Shown here one piece after another: positions 1-10,416 of a DNA stretch of 64,000 bases. The stretch spans positions 192,001 to 256,000 of the forward strand of contig CBDBMJ010000001.1 of NCBI GenBank assembly GCA_965207455.1, written 5' to 3'. Within the stretch, counting starts at the first letter, position 1; each line of letters opens with the position of its first letter. This DNA is from Bdellovibrionota bacterium (GTDB lineage Bacteria; Bdellovibrionota; UBA1018; CAIPTA01; JAALKR01). The position numbers and the translations under genes were made by a program. Below the pieces are notes generated by a model that saw nothing but the letters and a program-made list of their open reading frames with translations, made no database searches and was not told the DNA's origin.

Positions 1-294
1 GTTAGATCCTGAATCAATTTCACCGTGCGCTTCTAATAGAAGTTGGTACACACCTAGAGTATCAGCCTCATTGTGTCCATCGCCTAAACTATTCCAAACA
101 AAGGCGTAATAGGGAGCACATGTTGAGTTGCTCCTCTGACAGCCTTCCTTTGAATCTGCAAAAGCAGCAGGTTGTACCATAGCCATTGAAATGGCCAATA
201 TCGTTGTTATTTTTGTTATGTTCATATCTTTTATTCTCCTCACATTATAAGCCATTGAAATGGCCAATATCGTTGTTATTTTTGTTATGTTCAT
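1..294 (-). CDS. Secreted hypothetical protein, 5' part (runs off the left edge); start at 225 or 294 because the start region is duplicated
   Basis: Manual translation is open to position 1: MNITKITTILAISMA-MVQPAAFADSKEGCQRSNSTCAPYY...; AGGAG RBS precedes both ATGs; signal-peptide-like N-terminus. Confidence 0.7.
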   Translation of the reverse strand, partial: MNITKITTILAISMAYNVRRIKDMNITKITTILAISMAMVQPAAFADSKEGCQRSNSTCAPYYAFVWNSLGDGHNEADTLGVYQLLLEAHGEIDSGSN

Positions 295-318
295 ATCTTT
301 TATTCTCCTCACATTATA
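181..318. repeat. Perfect 69-bp tandem duplication (2 copies)
   Basis: agccattgaaatggcc...ctcctcacattata at 181-249 and 250-318. Confidence 0.95.
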
Positions 319-462
319 AAAAGTACCGCTTTGTTAGAGGGGGATACGTTACCCTTATGCATAATGTCTAGCATGATAAACGCACTGAGTCAAGTATTAC
401 TTTGACTTTTTTTTGTCTAGTTTTGTTGAGGATTGCAAGTGGCTGTTTTTATTGAGGGTGTT

Positions 463-2673
463 TTAGGAAAGATCCAGCATCTCGTAATATTTAGGTAATA
501 TCCAGTAAGGATCCCCCACGAGGCTTTCCAGTTGATCGGCTGCTGTACGGACTTCTTCTATAGCGGGTAGGACTGATTGGGTAAGCGCTATAATAGTTTT
601 ATTGGCTTCCCCCTCCCTATCAATAGCATTCATCTCGGTTTCCAAGGTATTGCGGGCCTTGAGTAATTGGCTAATGAGATTGGAAAGTTTTCTAATAGTA
701 TCTTCTTGGGGGGCAGTGATTGCTTTAGGAATGGATTTTGTGTTTTGTACGGTTTTTGCTAGATCGCCCATGTACTGTGACGATACGGGAAAAACAAACT
801 GATCCACGAGCATCAGCATTGTTTTTGCCTCAATATAAGCTTTCTTCTCATACGTTTCACAACGAACAAGGAGACGGCTTTGTTGCTCCTGCTCGGATAA
901 AATTTTAAATTTCTCAAATAAATTTTTTGTCTCAGGATAGGAATAGGCCTCCATGGCGTGGGCCGTGTTTTTTAAGTGCTTTAATCCCTGCTTTTCAGCT
1001 TGCACCAACCACTCCTGGCTGTAGTTATTGCCTTCAAAACAAATGGGCTCAGCCTCTAGTAAGGCTTCCTTTATTATTTCCAATAAAACTTTTTGTTTGT
1101 CGGGAGCATCCACATAACGGCTTTCCAGCTTGTCGTTTATTTCAGATAAGGATTCTGCCACAGCAGCACTTAAACAAGTCATGGACCAGTTGCAGGAGGC
1201 AGAGGATCCAACGGCACGAAACTCAAATTTATCTCCAGTGAAGGCAAAGGGAGAGGTGCGGTTTCTGTCCGTATTGTCCTTTTTAATTTTAGCGATGAGG
1301 GGAAGTCCCAGGTCAATAATTGATTTGTGTGGACTGGTCATCTCCTTGCCTGCCTTTATCTCCTTTAGGGTTTTAGTGAGTTCATCGCCTAAAAATACAC
1401 TCATAATGGCTGGAGGAGCTTCGTGGGCACCTAAGCGTTTGTCGTTGCCCAGGCTTGCAATGGAAGCTCCTAGTAGACCGTTGTGTTTATGAATCGCCTT
1501 GAGAACCGCTCCTAACATAACTAGGAAACGCATTCTTTCTTGGGTTGTCTCGCCGGGCTTTAAAAGATTTTCACCCGTATCCGTAACCATGGACCAGTTA
1601 TTGTGCTTGCCACTTCCATTGAGTCCTTCAAATGGTTTTTCATGGAGTAGGAGGAAGAGGTGGTGCCGTTTGGCCACTTTTTCCAATATTTTCATGATCA
1701 CATAATTGTGATCCACGGAAACACTTCCTCGTTCAAAAATTGTGGCTAATTCAAACTGACAGGGAGCTACCTCACTATGACGAGTTTTTGCCGGGATACC
1801 CAAACGGTATAACTCGAATTCCACTTCTTCCATAAAGGATTGCACCCGGGGAGGAATGGAAGAAAAGTAGTGATCCTCTAATTCCTGTCCCTTGGCAGGA
1901 GGGGCTCCAATTAAAGTACGACCAGTGAGTTTTATATCGGGACGTAGGGAGGCTAGACCGTCATCGATAAGAAAATATTCCTGTTCTAACCCAAGAGTTG
2001 TGTGCACTTGCTTTACATCTTTATTTCCTAATAGAGACTGAGTTTTTGTGGCTACTGTATTCATGACTTGTAGGGCGCGGATCATGGGAATTTTTTCGTC
2101 CAGTGCGGGACCACGATAACTAATAAAAACAGCGGGAATATAAACGGTACGCCCGTTAGTGTTTTCCATGAGAAAGATTGGACTGGAAAGATCCCAAGCC
2201 GTATAGCCCCGGGCTTTTGCCGTAGTGTGCACGCCACCTGAGGGAAAGCTAGAGGCGTCCGGCTCAGACTGGATCAATTGGGAACCCAGCAGTTTTTCTA
2301 AGGGCTTGCTATTTTTGTCGAAGGAAAGGAGGGCATCATGCTTTTCTGCCACAGAACCCGTCATGGGCTGGAACCAATGACAAAAGTGGGTGGCCCCTCG
2401 CTCAATGGCCCAAGATCTCAGTACGGAAGCAATTTTTTCCGCTAAAGGGCTATCTTCTAAAGAGTCGCCCCGTTGCAAAAGTTCGCTCAACTTCTTACCT
2501 TCAGAAGCATCCAGACTTTTTTGGATGGCGTGAATATCTATGGAATAGGAACCAAAATAAGAGGTGACTGGGAGGATTCTGCCCAGGTCATTTTTGGGGA
2601 TATTTATTGCATGGGGTTTGCGGTACAGACTATCTCGAATGGCGGTGGTACGTGCTCTGGTGTTGTCTAACAT
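463..2673 (-). CDS. glnA: Glutamine synthetase type III
   Basis: 736 aa; GSIII motifs HFCHWFQPMTG, EPDASSFPSGG, ARGYTAWD, GQELEDHYF, LHEKPFEGLNGSGKHNNWS, DRNRTSPFAFTGDKFEFR. Confidence 0.95.
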   Translation of the reverse strand: MLDNTRARTTAIRDSLYRKPHAINIPKNDLGRILPVTSYFGSYSIDIHAIQKSLDASEGKKLSELLQRGDSLEDSPLAEKIASVLRSWAIERGATHFCHWFQPMTGSVAEKHDALLSFDKNSKPLEKLLGSQLIQSEPDASSFPSGGVHTTAKARGYTAWDLSSPIFLMENTNGRTVYIPAVFISYRGPALDEKIPMIRALQVMNTVATKTQSLLGNKDVKQVHTTLGLEQEYFLIDDGLASLRPDIKLTGRTLIGAPPAKGQELEDHYFSSIPPRVQSFMEEVEFELYRLGIPAKTRHSEVAPCQFELATIFERGSVSVDHNYVIMKILEKVAKRHHLFLLLHEKPFEGLNGSGKHNNWSMVTDTGENLLKPGETTQERMRFLVMLGAVLKAIHKHNGLLGASIASLGNDKRLGAHEAPPAIMSVFLGDELTKTLKEIKAGKEMTSPHKSIIDLGLPLIAKIKKDNTDRNRTSPFAFTGDKFEFRAVGSSASCNWSMTCLSAAVAESLSEINDKLESRYVDAPDKQKVLLEIIKEALLEAEPICFEGNNYSQEWLVQAEKQGLKHLKNTAHAMEAYSYPETKNLFEKFKILSEQEQQSRLLVRCETYEKKAYIEAKTMLMLVDQFVFPVSSQYMGDLAKTVQNTKSIPKAITAPQEDTIRKLSNLISQLLKARNTLETEMNAIDREGEANKTIIALTQSVLPAIEEVRTAADQLESLVGDPYWILPKYYEMLDLS

Positions 2674-2791
2674 AGGGAACTCTGCATTACAGGTACGGTA
2701 TCACACTGGAAATAAAAAAAAAGACTTAATTCTTCCCAGCTATTTAGTTTAAACTTTAGGTAAGGAATGTAGGAAATTAGAGGGGTATGGA

Positions 2792-3370
2792 TTGATGTGT
2801 AGATCTGGAAGTTTGTTATATTGGGGGGGATTTTTCGTAGGGCTATTTGCGTGGTGTTCCATGGGCTTGGCCCATGCCTCCCTTTCCAAACGCCTTAGTC
2901 CCAGGCAAAGTGACGTAATCCAGTCCTATGTACGTGAAGCAGCAGCTCGGGAACGCCTAGAAGCCTCATTTATTTTAGCTATTATACGAGTGGAATCCGC
3001 CTTTAACTATAGGGCTGTTTCCCATGCTGGAGCGATTGGGTTGATGCAGATTATGCCAAAGACAGCCAAGGAGTTGGGCGCATTGGAGGCATTGGATCGT
3101 AGTAACCCCAGAGCAAATATTATGGCAGGCAGCCGCCTTATTCGAAGACTCATTAACCGTTACCGTGGAAATATAAAACTTGCTTTGGCTGCGTACAATG
3201 CGGGTCCCAGTGCAGTGAAACGTTATGGAGGGATTCCACCCTACCGGGAAACTCAAAACTATGTGAAGAAAGTGCTGCGGGAGTGGCGTCGCCAGAGAAC
3301 CCTATCCCTGTTGGCGCTTTTTCCTCCAAATAATAAAAGCAACAAGGGCCGCGCCTCCAATAAGAAGTAA
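2792..3370 (+). CDS. Soluble lytic transglycosylase (SLT domain)
   Basis: AIIRVESAF, GAIGLMQIMP, ALAAYNAGP, GIPPYRETQNYV. Confidence 0.92.
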   Translation: MMCRSGSLLYWGGFFVGLFAWCSMGLAHASLSKRLSPRQSDVIQSYVREAAARERLEASFILAIIRVESAFNYRAVSHAGAIGLMQIMPKTAKELGALEALDRSNPRANIMAGSRLIRRLINRYRGNIKLALAAYNAGPSAVKRYGGIPPYRETQNYVKKVLREWRRQRTLSLLALFPPNNKSNKGRASNKK

Positions 3371-4081
3371 AGTGAAGAGATCATCGTCGCCTTGCTGTTT
3401 TCTTAATTTTGCACATTGCCCGGTTTTAGGGTGACGTTTGTATCCTTTCGGGCAGGAAGCTTCGTCGGGAAAGAGGTCGGCATCATCTTCCTCTAGGTCC
3501 AAGTCCAGGTCTGAGATACTATTGGGATCCACATTGATGTCCCCTGGTTTACGAAAAGCGCGTAAAGATTGTATCATGCCCTCAATATCGGCCAGGTACT
3601 CTTTGTATTTATCTTTTCGAACGCTGAAGGTGACTAGGATGCCTAAGTCGGACTCTATGGTGCCCAAATAACGGGTAAAAAATCCAGGTATTTCACTTTG
3701 AAAGTGTAGGGCGTCCACCCACTCTTTTCCCGCTATGGTACGACTTTTCACATAGCGACGCTTCGATTTGTACTTTTGCCCACTGGGGGTTTTATTGGTT
3801 CGATTTACTTCGAGCTTGGCCTTATACACTGCCAACTCATCCTCGCCCACCTTACGGATTTTAGCGGCCAGTACGATAATGGCCTCTCGTTTTTTTTGCT
3901 CGTCGGTACTTTGGCAAACCCATTCGCCACCATTGAGAATACAGGACCATTTTGCGGGCAATTGAAATTCTACAAATTTATTGGAAAATACCTTTCCCTG
4001 GGCATGGATGGGTAGAAAACTCATTCCAAATATAGCTAAGAATAAGAGGGGGATGCTGCTTTTTTTCTTTGGATTGCTCAT
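3302..4081 (-). CDS. Exported hypothetical protein with C-terminal membrane anchor
   Basis: Signal peptide, acidic linker, CPKGY...TGQC motif, C-terminal TM helix followed by RKKR. Confidence 0.75.
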   Translation of the reverse strand: MSNPKKKSSIPLLFLAIFGMSFLPIHAQGKVFSNKFVEFQLPAKWSCILNGGEWVCQSTDEQKKREAIIVLAAKIRKVGEDELAVYKAKLEVNRTNKTPSGQKYKSKRRYVKSRTIAGKEWVDALHFQSEIPGFFTRYLGTIESDLGILVTFSVRKDKYKEYLADIEGMIQSLRAFRKPGDINVDPNSISDLDLDLEEDDADLFPDEASCPKGYKRHPKTGQCAKLRKQQGDDDLFTLLLIGGAALVAFIIWRKKRQQG

Positions 4082-4131
4082 ATTTTTATTAAAACAGATA
4101 GCGTGGGAAAAATCACCTACTATTATTCTCC

Positions 4132-5418
4132 CTATGGGCTGGTACTCTTTTTCAGGTATTTAGCGATCATTCCCCTGAGAATGAGAACATCCTCGTCATA
4201 GGTGCGCCGTATTTTTAGGAAAGCGGAGTTTTCTTTGAGTGCAGCTACAGCAGCCTCGGCAATAACTTCAGAGGAGTTACGGTCTCTAAAAATATGAAAA
4301 ACATCATCTATTTTTAGTTTCGAGCTACTCCCCAGACCAATTTTAACAAAATTTCCTTTTTGACTGACTTTTAGTATGGGTGTTTTCCAGCGATAGCGCT
4401 CAACTTCGTCGTCGTCGTATTCCTCTTTCTCTTTTTCTATCTCTTCGTCTTCCGCTATTTCCTCCAGTCGACTTATTTTATCTTTCAATGGAATGGGCTT
4501 CTTTTTCTTTTCTGGTTTGAAGCGATAACGAATATTTAGAGCAAGGGCTTTGGTATGGGCTGCTCGGCTTCCCAGCAGTTCCTCTGAGTAGGCAAGGGAA
4601 AATCCCCAGGGGCTTTTCTTTTTTTCCATTCCCATGCCTAGATGAAAACTGTGGCGTAATGGGTTTTTGGAGACATACAGAAGGCTTGATGTGGATTCGT
4701 CGAGTTTTCCAGTATCATTTGCCTCACCAAAGACACCGGAGAGTTCCAACCAAAGTTTGGGGAGCCATTTTTTTCCTGTGATATAGATATCTCCCCGTAG
4801 GCTATAGGGAAACTGTTGGGCATAACCGGAGTTGCGCTTAAGAATACCTGTAGCGAAGCTTAAATCTAGTTGTGGTACTACGAGCCAGGCAAATGTAACC
4901 ATGGCCTGGATGTCCGTGCTGGTATCTATTGGGGAGGGTGTTGCGTCTTTGGGTACTTGGGGAAGGGTTACGGAGAGTTCTGTGACAGCTTGGAACTTAT
5001 CTTTAGATTTCTTGGTCTTTCTGAACTTTTGGGATGGGGGATTGCTACGAGTAGCAAGAGCATAGCGTATTCCAAGGGAGTGGCTCTTCAGCCCCGTAAA
5101 TTTTGTTTTTGTGTCCCGGTGGAAGTCGCTGTTTATTCGGCTAAGAGTGGATTGCAAAAAGAAGGAGAATCGAGTGCTGGGAAAATAACGGACTCTAAGG
5201 GTGGTGCTTAGATCGGAAATGGTACCATCGCTTTTTTTAAACAGAGCGCCCTTAGCGTTGAAGTTTTGCTCAGAGGTGAGGTAGCTAAAGTCCATGGATA
5301 GGTCAAGGGAGCCAGAGGGGAGAGACCAGTTTTGGGGAGCTTCTGAGGCAAAAGAGGCCTGGATTCCAGAAAAAAGGGAGAAAAAGACTGAAAATAGGAG
5401 TATTAAGAAAAAATTCAT
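4132..5418 (-). CDS. Putative outer-membrane beta-barrel protein with C-terminal extra domain
   Basis: Signal peptide; alternating beta-strand pattern ending ALNIRYRF; then an acidic linker and a small beta domain. Confidence 0.6.
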   Translation of the reverse strand: MNFFLILLFSVFFSLFSGIQASFASEAPQNWSLPSGSLDLSMDFSYLTSEQNFNAKGALFKKSDGTISDLSTTLRVRYFPSTRFSFFLQSTLSRINSDFHRDTKTKFTGLKSHSLGIRYALATRSNPPSQKFRKTKKSKDKFQAVTELSVTLPQVPKDATPSPIDTSTDIQAMVTFAWLVVPQLDLSFATGILKRNSGYAQQFPYSLRGDIYITGKKWLPKLWLELSGVFGEANDTGKLDESTSSLLYVSKNPLRHSFHLGMGMEKKKSPWGFSLAYSEELLGSRAAHTKALALNIRYRFKPEKKKKPIPLKDKISRLEEIAEDEEIEKEKEEYDDDEVERYRWKTPILKVSQKGNFVKIGLGSSSKLKIDDVFHIFRDRNSSEVIAEAAVAALKENSAFLKIRRTYDEDVLILRGMIAKYLKKSTSP

Positions 5419-5612
5419 CCCTTTTTATGATGAAGGAAAATAGGCTAATATGCAATATTTTTGGGCATTTAGGGGGTTTTTCTTCCCCGGCGGATTAAAA
5501 TTTCATTATTAAGTCAATTAAACCTTATTGAATTTAGATAATCTGTGCTATCTTCATGCCTTAGTTAGTTACTTTAGTTAAACAATAGAAAGAAAGAGGA
5601 TAGAAATAATTT

Positions 5613-5972
<360 letters not shown>

Positions 5973-6025
5973 ACGAAAATAATTCACACATACATTTATT
6001 ATAGTTAAGTCTGCTTTTGTAGTTA

Positions 6026-7117
6026 CTATGTAACGGGCAGGCTTTGTATTTTATCTGCTAGGCCATCAAGGTGGGTGTGCTTGGCAGTTGTTGGGAACGT
6101 CCACTGGGATACTGAATTTTTCGACACTAAAGGGATCGTAGTGGAAAAATCAAAATCACTTCTAAAGATTTTCTTCTTCAGGGTTTTTCCCTGCCATGCA
6201 TGGGAGCATAGGGTGTTCTTTAGTATTTGCACTCGCTCAAATAGAACGGAGTCTTGAAACTCGCCAAAGCTGCGATGGAGCACTCGTCGGCTGGATCGTA
6301 TTTTCTTAGAAATTTCATGGTTATCTCCCCACTCGTCGTTAGAGAGGGGAAAAATCCAGGAAGATATTTGCTGGTTATTTGGAGCCAGCGACTGATCCCG
6401 GTTACTTACAAATGCCCCCATTAGGTAGCAAGGTTCTTGCTTGTGTTTTTGCTCGCTATTCATGGCAAGTGCCAGTGTTTCTGTAAACTCGCTGATGCTT
6501 TTTTTGTGGGCAAATTCCAAGGTTACTGCAGGTGTAAAAAGGGTGGGGGTTTTTTCCGATCCATCTCCTGTAATTATTTTTTGAAAGCCAGAGGGGTTTA
6601 TGGTCCACAGGCATTCTTTGCATTGTATGTCCAAGTTATTGGCAGTTTGTATGGCAATGCGATCATTGGATTCCATGGTGATCTTTGTAAGAGGGGCTTC
6701 GTATTGAATGCGGAAGTTTTTCTTGGATAGAATATCTTGAACAAAACCAGCAAGTCCTCCTTGGGGCATGGCTCCCACAGGCTGGGCAAAGTGGTTTTCC
6801 CAGGGGGGGAGGTTTTCCGCTGGCTGCCAGCTTTTCGACTTATAGGTGATGCAATTCCCATTGGAAATACTTATTTCGTTATAGGGCAAGTCTATTTTTT
6901 TATAGAGTTGTTCCCATGCTTTCCAAGGAAGCACTCCCATGCCAGAACCCAGTTGGAAGCCTTCTCGTTTACTGGGAGACCAGTAGCCGCCTGCCGTGGT
7001 AGAGGTTTCCACTACCAGTACATCTTGACCCATTTGAGCTCGCAGGGAGGCAATGAATAGACCTGTAATTCCTGCTCCAACAATTACAGTGTCTGCTTGT
7101 ATTGTTTTATCTTTCAT
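6026..7117 (-). CDS. FAD-dependent oxidoreductase (phytoene desaturase/amine oxidase-like fold)
   Basis: Rossmann motif VIVGAGITG...VLVVE...GG; likely start MKDKTIQ at 7117, just after the upstream stop. Confidence 0.75.
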   Translation of the reverse strand: MKDKTIQADTVIVGAGITGLFIASLRAQMGQDVLVVETSTTAGGYWSPSKREGFQLGSGMGVLPWKAWEQLYKKIDLPYNEISISNGNCITYKSKSWQPAENLPPWENHFAQPVGAMPQGGLAGFVQDILSKKNFRIQYEAPLTKITMESNDRIAIQTANNLDIQCKECLWTINPSGFQKIITGDGSEKTPTLFTPAVTLEFAHKKSISEFTETLALAMNSEQKHKQEPCYLMGAFVSNRDQSLAPNNQQISSWIFPLSNDEWGDNHEISKKIRSSRRVLHRSFGEFQDSVLFERVQILKNTLCSHAWQGKTLKKKIFRSDFDFSTTIPLVSKNSVSQWTFPTTAKHTHLDGLADKIQSLPVT

Positions 7118-7122
7118 GGGGT

Positions 7123-8493
7123 CTAGTAAACCCTCAGGGTAGAACCCAGTTGTAGTAGGCGGTGTCTGTGAATCCCGTTCCATCGTTTCAGTTGTCTCAC
7201 AGTTACGGAGTATCGTCTAGAGAGTTCATACAGAGTATCTCCCTTTTTTATAACATGGACAATAAATTTCTTTCCTAGGCTGGCGAGCCCTCTCTTTGCT
7301 TTTTTTCTTTTTGTGACCTGCCTTCGGACTTGCTTTCGTTTTTTAAAGATTTTTGTTCCCTTAGCAATGGGAAGTATTAAGGAGCGGCCTGGGCGGATCC
7401 TGTGGGCATTGGACATATTATTAAAGGCCATAATATGGCGTACTCCTACTCGAAAGCGACGTGCAATTTGAGAGAGATTATCTCCCCGACGTATCCGGTA
7501 GCGCACAAATTCTTTGTAAGTGCCCAAGGTTTTATTTTTTTGGGCTGATAGTAGGCATTGATAGGCTTTTTCATGGGGCACTCGAACGTTATAATTTTTT
7601 CTTGGAGGAGTTATTCCTAGCAGTAGTTCTGGATTAAGAGCATACATTTCTTTTTTGGGAATACTGCAAACCTTGGCAATGGTTTCAATAGATTCTGGGG
7701 AGCGAAGGGGAACAAGTTTTGTTTGTGTCCAAGTGGGAGCATAGCTTGGTTTTTTAAAGCCAAAGGCTTCGGCATTTTTTGTGACGATGGCAGCAGCCAT
7801 TATTTTCGGTACATAGTTGCGTGTCTCCTTACGTATGGCTCGTTTTTTGGAGAGCACCCAGAAATTTTTTGTATTATAGCGACGTATGCCTTTCATCAGT
7901 CTGCCCTCTCCCCCATTGTAGGAGGCCATGGCAATTTCCCAGGAATCAAATTTATTGTACAGGTAGCTTAGGTAACGAATGGCTGAGTCTGTGGATTTTG
8001 TTGGGTCTCTTCGCTCGTCATACCACCAGTTTTTGCTCAAGCCATAGCGTCGTCCCGTTCCAGAAATAAATTGCCAAGTGCCCACAGCATTGGCACTGGA
8101 TCGTGCGCGGTGATTAAAGCCACTTTCTATCATAGCCATGAAAATTAAATCTTTCGGGAGCCCAGCTTTTTCTAGTTTAGGGTAAATCAGTGGTCCCATA
8201 TGTCCGTAGCGTTCCAAGTAGCGAGAGAATACTTTTCGTCCCTTTCCCGTAAAGTAGCGTACCCAGAATTCCACATGTTTGTTTTTTGTAATAGGTATGT
8301 CGAAATCCGTGTTGTCTAATTCCACGCCGAGTATTTCATCACCCAGTGGATTTTGGTCATTGCGGGTGTGGACGCCACCGCCAAAGAGTCCTCCATGGGG
8401 AGCTATATTTAATATTCCAATACTATTTTTGTAGGTGCCGGTGCAGGCAGTGGCTAGGAAAGAAAAGAGTAAAAGAAAAAGAGATTTCATCAT
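7123..8493 (-). CDS. mltD: MltD-like membrane-bound lytic murein transglycosylase with LysM domains
   Basis: Lipobox LATAC; AMIESGF, AVGTWQF, ASYNGGEGR, ETRNYVPK; LysM repeats YRIRRGDNLSQIA and HVIKKGDTLYELS. Confidence 0.88.
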   Translation of the reverse strand: MMKSLFLLLFSFLATACTGTYKNSIGILNIAPHGGLFGGGVHTRNDQNPLGDEILGVELDNTDFDIPITKNKHVEFWVRYFTGKGRKVFSRYLERYGHMGPLIYPKLEKAGLPKDLIFMAMIESGFNHRARSSANAVGTWQFISGTGRRYGLSKNWWYDERRDPTKSTDSAIRYLSYLYNKFDSWEIAMASYNGGEGRLMKGIRRYNTKNFWVLSKKRAIRKETRNYVPKIMAAAIVTKNAEAFGFKKPSYAPTWTQTKLVPLRSPESIETIAKVCSIPKKEMYALNPELLLGITPPRKNYNVRVPHEKAYQCLLSAQKNKTLGTYKEFVRYRIRRGDNLSQIARRFRVGVRHIMAFNNMSNAHRIRPGRSLILPIAKGTKIFKKRKQVRRQVTKRKKAKRGLASLGKKFIVHVIKKGDTLYELSRRYSVTVRQLKRWNGIHRHRLLQLGSTLRVY

Positions 8494-8564
8494 CGTAAAA
8501 GATTTTCTCGTTTGGAAAGATTGTATAAGCACTAAGAAAATTATAAAAAGATTTAAGTCTTGTG

Positions 8565-9788
8565 TCAAGGATCATATTGATCCTCATAGGTAGATTTTTG
8601 AGAAGAACTGGGACTGCGTTCGATGGGATTTTCTTGTAGAATCTCGGTTACTTGAAGGGATGAGCCCAGAAGCCTAGTAGAGCGCTCCAGTTCCTTTACC
8701 AGTACATCTGTATAACGGGTCTGTTCCAAGGATCCATTTTCATTTACATGGAAGCGTTCTCCGAGTAATTCGCCGAAGGTACCCCTCAGGCCCACACGGT
8801 ATCCTGCATCATTTCTTTGGATGGGTTCCAGCTTTATATTTGTGGCGTTTTTTATTTTTTCTTGGAACGGAAAACCAGCAACAAGCTCCAGGTCTTTCCA
8901 GTGCTGTGTATAGTATCCATGTATTGTATAAAAGATACGTTGAGCAAAGTATACTTTTGTTAGGAAGGAAAATATTTCCCCTTTAGACAGGGTTGTTTTT
9001 TTTGTTGCCTTCATTGTATTTCTTTTTATTTTCAGCGTAGTTTTTATTTGCTGGTGAACTTGTGAAAATATGGATTCTGATTCCTCTTCTTGGCTTACGG
9101 TAAATACACGATGCTCTCCTTTTACAGGATTTCGCAAGCCGATGGCAGACCACTTGGCATATCCCTTTACGGAGTGTTCTTCTATTCGCCAGTAGGATTG
9201 GGAGAGTCCCCGTTTTTGTTTTATTTCTAGGGCGTGAAGGCGGAGAGTGCGATCGACGTCGCTCAAAAGGTATCGTTTGCTAAGAGGAGGAATGGGAAAA
9301 TTAGCGCTCAGTACATAATCTCCATCGATAGTTATATGGTCTTTTTGTACTCCAAATAAATCTCCCACATGGGATTCGCTGCGAGCCATGATCAAGAGAT
9401 GGTTATTGCTGGCCTTGAGCACTGCAATTTCATATACTTGGTTTATATCTGAGAGGCTTCCGGTGGAGAGTTTATCGGGGAGGATGAGGTTGTTTAAGTT
9501 ATGGGTATAGCGACCAAAGGTTTCCCGGTAGTGGTGTTGACGTTGTACATAGCGGTCTAGGGCTTCCAGTAAAGTTTTTCGGTAGCTAAGGGCTTTTGGA
9601 GATTCAGTGTTCGGTATGTTTTGGTAGTGATTGAGCTTATCGGGTAGGTAGAGGGTTGCAAAGAGGAGTAGTGTGGAAAGCAGGGCTAGGTAGAGAGCGC
9701 TGGATCGCCATTCCTTTTCAGGGAGTCGTTCTAGGAACTTTGCCTGTTCTCCCGTTCTTCTTTCCTTTTGGGCCTTCCACTTCATCAT
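8565..9788 (-). CDS. Membrane-anchored hypothetical protein with two pilin-like segments
   Basis: N-terminal TM helix; two copies of an L..(Y/V)..Q..(Y/F)....G.YT motif. Confidence 0.6.
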   Translation of the reverse strand: MMKWKAQKERRTGEQAKFLERLPEKEWRSSALYLALLSTLLLFATLYLPDKLNHYQNIPNTESPKALSYRKTLLEALDRYVQRQHHYRETFGRYTHNLNNLILPDKLSTGSLSDINQVYEIAVLKASNNHLLIMARSESHVGDLFGVQKDHITIDGDYVLSANFPIPPLSKRYLLSDVDRTLRLHALEIKQKRGLSQSYWRIEEHSVKGYAKWSAIGLRNPVKGEHRVFTVSQEEESESIFSQVHQQIKTTLKIKRNTMKATKKTTLSKGEIFSFLTKVYFAQRIFYTIHGYYTQHWKDLELVAGFPFQEKIKNATNIKLEPIQRNDAGYRVGLRGTFGELLGERFHVNENGSLEQTRYTDVLVKELERSTRLLGSSLQVTEILQENPIERSPSSSQKSTYEDQYDP

Positions 9789-9797
9789 AGAATACTA

Positions 9798-9813
9798 TGC
9801 AAGAAGCATACCT
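9798..9813 (-). promoter_or_regulatory. Sigma54-type promoter
   Basis: Minus strand AGGTATGCTTCTTGCA (GG-N10-GC); IHF-consensus AATCAAATGGTTA at 9851-9863. Confidence 0.6.
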
Positions 9814-9978
9814 AAAATTTAACTTTGTTAATAAAAATTAATTTTAGGCATAACCATTTGATTTCATTTGATTTTTATGGCAATCCCCAAGAGAAAAAAA
9901 CTTTTTTCCTCCATCCCAAGGGGCAAAAAACTGTGGAAAAATTAGACAGTGTCTAAAGTTTTTACAGAAAGCAGCTTT

Positions 9979-10251
9979 TTAGCCCGGCCAACAAGGACAG
10001 GATACATTTAGGTCTGCACAGTTTAATGCTTGGTATAGAGTTACCATCCTTAGCTTCGCAGTAGAAAGCTCATCCAAACAAATTACTTTATTGGTTGATT
10101 TCTCCTGCAATTCAAGATTACAGGTTTCCTCTTTTGTTGTGGGGTCAGGATCAGCGGCTAAAGCACTGCTAGCTGCCATCATTGTTCCCCCCACAACTAG
10201 AACGTTGAACATCTTTGAAACATTCGATTTTACATTTGATCTTTTATTCAT
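9979..10251 (-). CDS. Small secreted Cys-rich peptide A, C-terminal CPCWPG (candidate RiPP precursor)
   Basis: AGGAG RBS; signal peptide ending ALA; 5 Cys; paralog of 11136..11408. Confidence 0.85.
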   Translation of the reverse strand: MNKRSNVKSNVSKMFNVLVVGGTMMAASSALAADPDPTTKEETCNLELQEKSTNKVICLDELSTAKLRMVTLYQALNCADLNVSCPCWPG

Positions 10252-10416
10252 CTTTTTCTCCTTTTTTATTTATACTATTTCCATATCATTTCATATATTA
10301 TATTCTTCGGACATTTCATGGAATAAGTATAATGTTTTATTTTTATGATTGTGAAAAGAAATATTTATGTCTCCATACTGTGGGTGTTGGCGTGTCAAGC
10401 CAAGATGTAAGTTTAG

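Noticed and set aside
186..371. Plus-strand 61-aa ORF with an internal repeat
   Set aside because: It is the antisense shadow of the 69-bp duplication; the RBS and signal peptide are on the minus strand.
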